From NCBI GenBank assembly GCA_038226395.1, contig JBBRQM010000004.1:5243-69242 (forward strand): DNA of 64,000 nt. The letters run 5' to 3'. The position numbers were made by a program, and so were the translations under genes. Numbering within the stretch: the stretch's first letter is position 1; every line of letters begins with the position of its first letter. Positions 62,002 through 64,000 of the stretch are shown here, piece after piece. The DNA is from Pyrinomonadales bacterium (lineage in GTDB: Bacteria; Acidobacteriota; Blastocatellia; Pyrinomonadales; Pyrinomonadaceae). The notes under the pieces are model-generated. The model was not told the DNA's origin, did not search any database, and saw nothing but the letters and a program-made list of their open reading frames with translations.

Positions 62002-62520
62002 ATGAAAAGACAAAAACAAGCGTTTCTATTTTCGATTGCGCTCACGCTCGCGTTTGCGGCGGCCCTTTTCGCGCAAGACCAGAAGTTTACCGACCCAAAC
62101 GTCGATTACAGTTTCGATCTGCCGGATGCAAAATGGAAAATGACCGTCAAGCCCTCCGCGACCAGTCCTAATGTCGAATATGTTTATGGTGACCGCTCGC
62201 AGGGCCATCTCGAGATTCGCCGGCTCAACGTTGCCAAGGATGCAATACTGACCGACGTGATCCGTGACGAGGAGCAAAAGCAGCAATTCCGACCCGGTTT
62301 TGTCGCGGGAAAGAAAGAGAGTTTTGCCGGCCATCTACGCGGTGAGATTTTCAACTTTGAATATGTCGCCGCCGGACGGAGCATGAGCGGACGCTTTTAC
62401 TTGCTGCGGGCCAATCCAACGACCGTTTATGTGCTCCGGTTTAACGGGCCAAACAATGCTCTCAGATCGATCCAGAACCAAACCGACTCGATCGCACGGA
62501 CGTTTGCCGTAAAGCCGTAA
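62002..62520 (+). CDS. secreted hypothetical protein
   Basis: Start taken at MKRQKQAFLFSIALTLAFAAALFAQ (signal peptide). The upstream part of the 251-aa ORF overlaps the DUF1800 gene start. Confidence 0.5.
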   Translation: MKRQKQAFLFSIALTLAFAAALFAQDQKFTDPNVDYSFDLPDAKWKMTVKPSATSPNVEYVYGDRSQGHLEIRRLNVAKDAILTDVIRDEEQKQQFRPGFVAGKKESFAGHLRGEIFNFEYVAAGRSMSGRFYLLRANPTTVYVLRFNGPNNALRSIQNQTDSIARTFAVKP

Positions 62521-62521
62521 C

Positions 62522-63778
62522 TCAGCTTTTTATTGAGTACTTAGCTCCATCCGGTAAGATAAATCCCTTTATTTCATGACCTGTTTTTTCAAAGACATCG
62601 TTGATGCTGCCGAGCTTTCTTAACCTCATTGAGTCAATTTCTTTTTCCGTTAACGAGGTAATAATCTTTATTTCAAACCGCTCGGCTTTTTTTAGAAGGC
62701 TCCATGCCGTTTGGCCGTTGACCTGATATTTTTCGCAGAGTCTTTCGGCCAACTCCCGGCTGTTTGCTGTCTCAAACCAATCCAAAAAATCGCTCCTGCC
62801 GGGGCCGTCGGGACATTCGGCCAAAAAAATTATCGTTCCGCCATCATTACACGCGTGTGAAGCCGCCTCGAGAGCCTTGTGAGCCTGGATCATGTTGATG
62901 TCGTGCGGGTATCCGCCACAGCTTACGATCACCAAATCGCGTTTTTCGGCGAGCCTGAGCGTGTGCCCGGCGGCATAGGCGTCGCACGCCGCTCGATGAG
63001 ATGAAATCCAGTCGCCGCAAAAGAGATCGACCGCACGCCCCGCATCATTGACAATAGTGCTGATGGCAAACGAGGGATTTGTCTTCGCAGCGACCTCGAT
63101 AAACGCCTCATGCACGGCGTTTCCGTCCAAAAGGGCGGGATCGACGCCATCGCGCCGCGTTTTCCTTACGCAGTCAAAGGCGAGTTTGTGCGTTTCCGAA
63201 ACTGTCCATGACGAGGCGAGACCGGGACAGACGAGCTTTCGCCCGCCTGTAAATCCGGCGAAATAATGAAACGTGACGCCGCCGATGAGGATCACATGAT
63301 CGTGCTCGGTCAATGCACGGTTAAGCTCGACCGGGATTCCGCCGGATGTGTGCCCTAAACGGACGATCTGCATCAGGTCACGCGGGGCATGATCCAGGGT
63401 CTTTATCCGTTGCGAAATGAACGGTGTTAGAATCTCCTGCTTTTCCGCTTCTGTAACGCGCCGGTGAATGCCGGTCGCAAAGATGATGCGGATGTCGTGT
63501 GGAGCGGTTCCATTAGCGATTAGCCGGCGGACGACGAGATTGACAACTTGTTCGTAAGCAGTTTGACGCGTCGCATCGGGAACGACGATCAGCACTGTTT
63601 GGCCGGGAACGACTATCTCCTCAAGCGGCAGGGAATCAATCGGCTTATCCAGCTTTTCGCCGATCTCGGCATCGGTAAGCGGAGGTCGCTCATTCCTCCG
63701 CCCAAGAATCTCAAACCAGCTCTCGTCATATTCTAATGGGATAGTCGTTTTGCCGTATTTGAGGTCGATAGTGGCCAT
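62522..63778 (-). CDS. LarA-like (DUF2088) nickel-dependent racemase family protein
   Basis: 418 aa. IVVPDATR and GGVTFHYFAGFTGGRK resemble LarA N-terminal domain motifs. No larB/C/E genes are nearby. Confidence 0.75.
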   Translation of the reverse strand: MATIDLKYGKTTIPLEYDESWFEILGRRNERPPLTDAEIGEKLDKPIDSLPLEEIVVPGQTVLIVVPDATRQTAYEQVVNLVVRRLIANGTAPHDIRIIFATGIHRRVTEAEKQEILTPFISQRIKTLDHAPRDLMQIVRLGHTSGGIPVELNRALTEHDHVILIGGVTFHYFAGFTGGRKLVCPGLASSWTVSETHKLAFDCVRKTRRDGVDPALLDGNAVHEAFIEVAAKTNPSFAISTIVNDAGRAVDLFCGDWISSHRAACDAYAAGHTLRLAEKRDLVIVSCGGYPHDINMIQAHKALEAASHACNDGGTIIFLAECPDGPGRSDFLDWFETANSRELAERLCEKYQVNGQTAWSLLKKAERFEIKIITSLTEKEIDSMRLRKLGSINDVFEKTGHEIKGFILPDGAKYSIKS

Positions 63779-63799
63779 TCTCGATGTTTGAAATTAAGG

Positions 63800-64000
63800 C
63801 TAATACCGCCGCACAACTTTTCCGCTTCGCAGTGAAAGAATAAATCTGGCGCGGTTGCCGCGGTCGTCGCCGATCTCGATGGCCGTCTCTATCGACGGCG
63901 AATCGATCTGTAGTTTAAAAGAGCCGTCAGAGCCTGCATAGGTAGCGCGTCCCTCAGACCGGACGGCCATTCCGGGCTGCGTCCGGCCGGTGATAAGATA
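63800..64000 (-). CDS. C-terminal fragment of an unidentified protein (5' part outside the window)
   Basis: My translation of the minus strand gives YLITGRTQPGMAVRSEGRATYAGSDGSFKLQID...SGKVVRRY*, open to the window edge, with the stop at 63800-63802. Confidence 0.45.
   Translation of the reverse strand, partial: YLITGRTQPGMAVRSEGRATYAGSDGSFKLQIDSPSIETAIEIGDDRGNRARFILSLRSGKVVRRY

Overview
Analysis by eye only, with no searches or folding programs. Repeat and hairpin boundaries are approximate to a few nt, and product names rest on recognised motifs and synteny. The window is a 64-kb chromosomal segment with about 57 protein genes and one tRNA. It probably comes from an Acidobacteriota genome; this is an inference from tandem acidobacterial-type VWA proteins, DUF1501 and DUF1800 proteins, a CSLREAI beta-helix protein, and mid-range G+C. 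Most of it is housekeeping: ileS...lspA-lgt-rluD, tRNA-Leu(CAA), queA, rimI-like, thiE, pilT, a minus-strand operon tilS-ftsH-(aph)-folP-x-lptE-holA, argH/argG, lepA and manB/pgm. Glycan genes include a fused GH18-like/CE4/GT2 exopolysaccharide synthase divergent from a TPR sigma-54 activator, GH20 and GH92 glycosidases with lectin-like modules, and a Wzm/Wzt/methyltransferase module. Accessory content: a TacA/TacT-like and a DUF433/DUF5615 toxin-antitoxin pair; an APH(3')-like kinase embedded in the ftsH-folP operon; an aspartic protease plus nucleotidyltransferase cassette splitting ileS from lspA; an AT-rich HNH gene; and an AT-rich island of secreted proteins. Four signals look most worth follow-up. 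(1) Two candidate leader-peptide attenuators: an Ile-rich mini-ORF plus terminator before ileS, and an Asn-rich mini-ORF plus orphan terminator before queA. (2) A pervasive set of hairpins whose arms are tandem 7-9-nt words. They sit at gene ends, and also in frame inside tilS, GH92 and manB, where one appears to encode a signal peptide. (3) A 12-nt poly-C tract in the signal-peptide region of a secreted protein, a possible phase-variation switch. (4) A secreted A-B-A-B repeat protein of unknown function. No CRISPR array, integrase, transposase or rRNA was seen.
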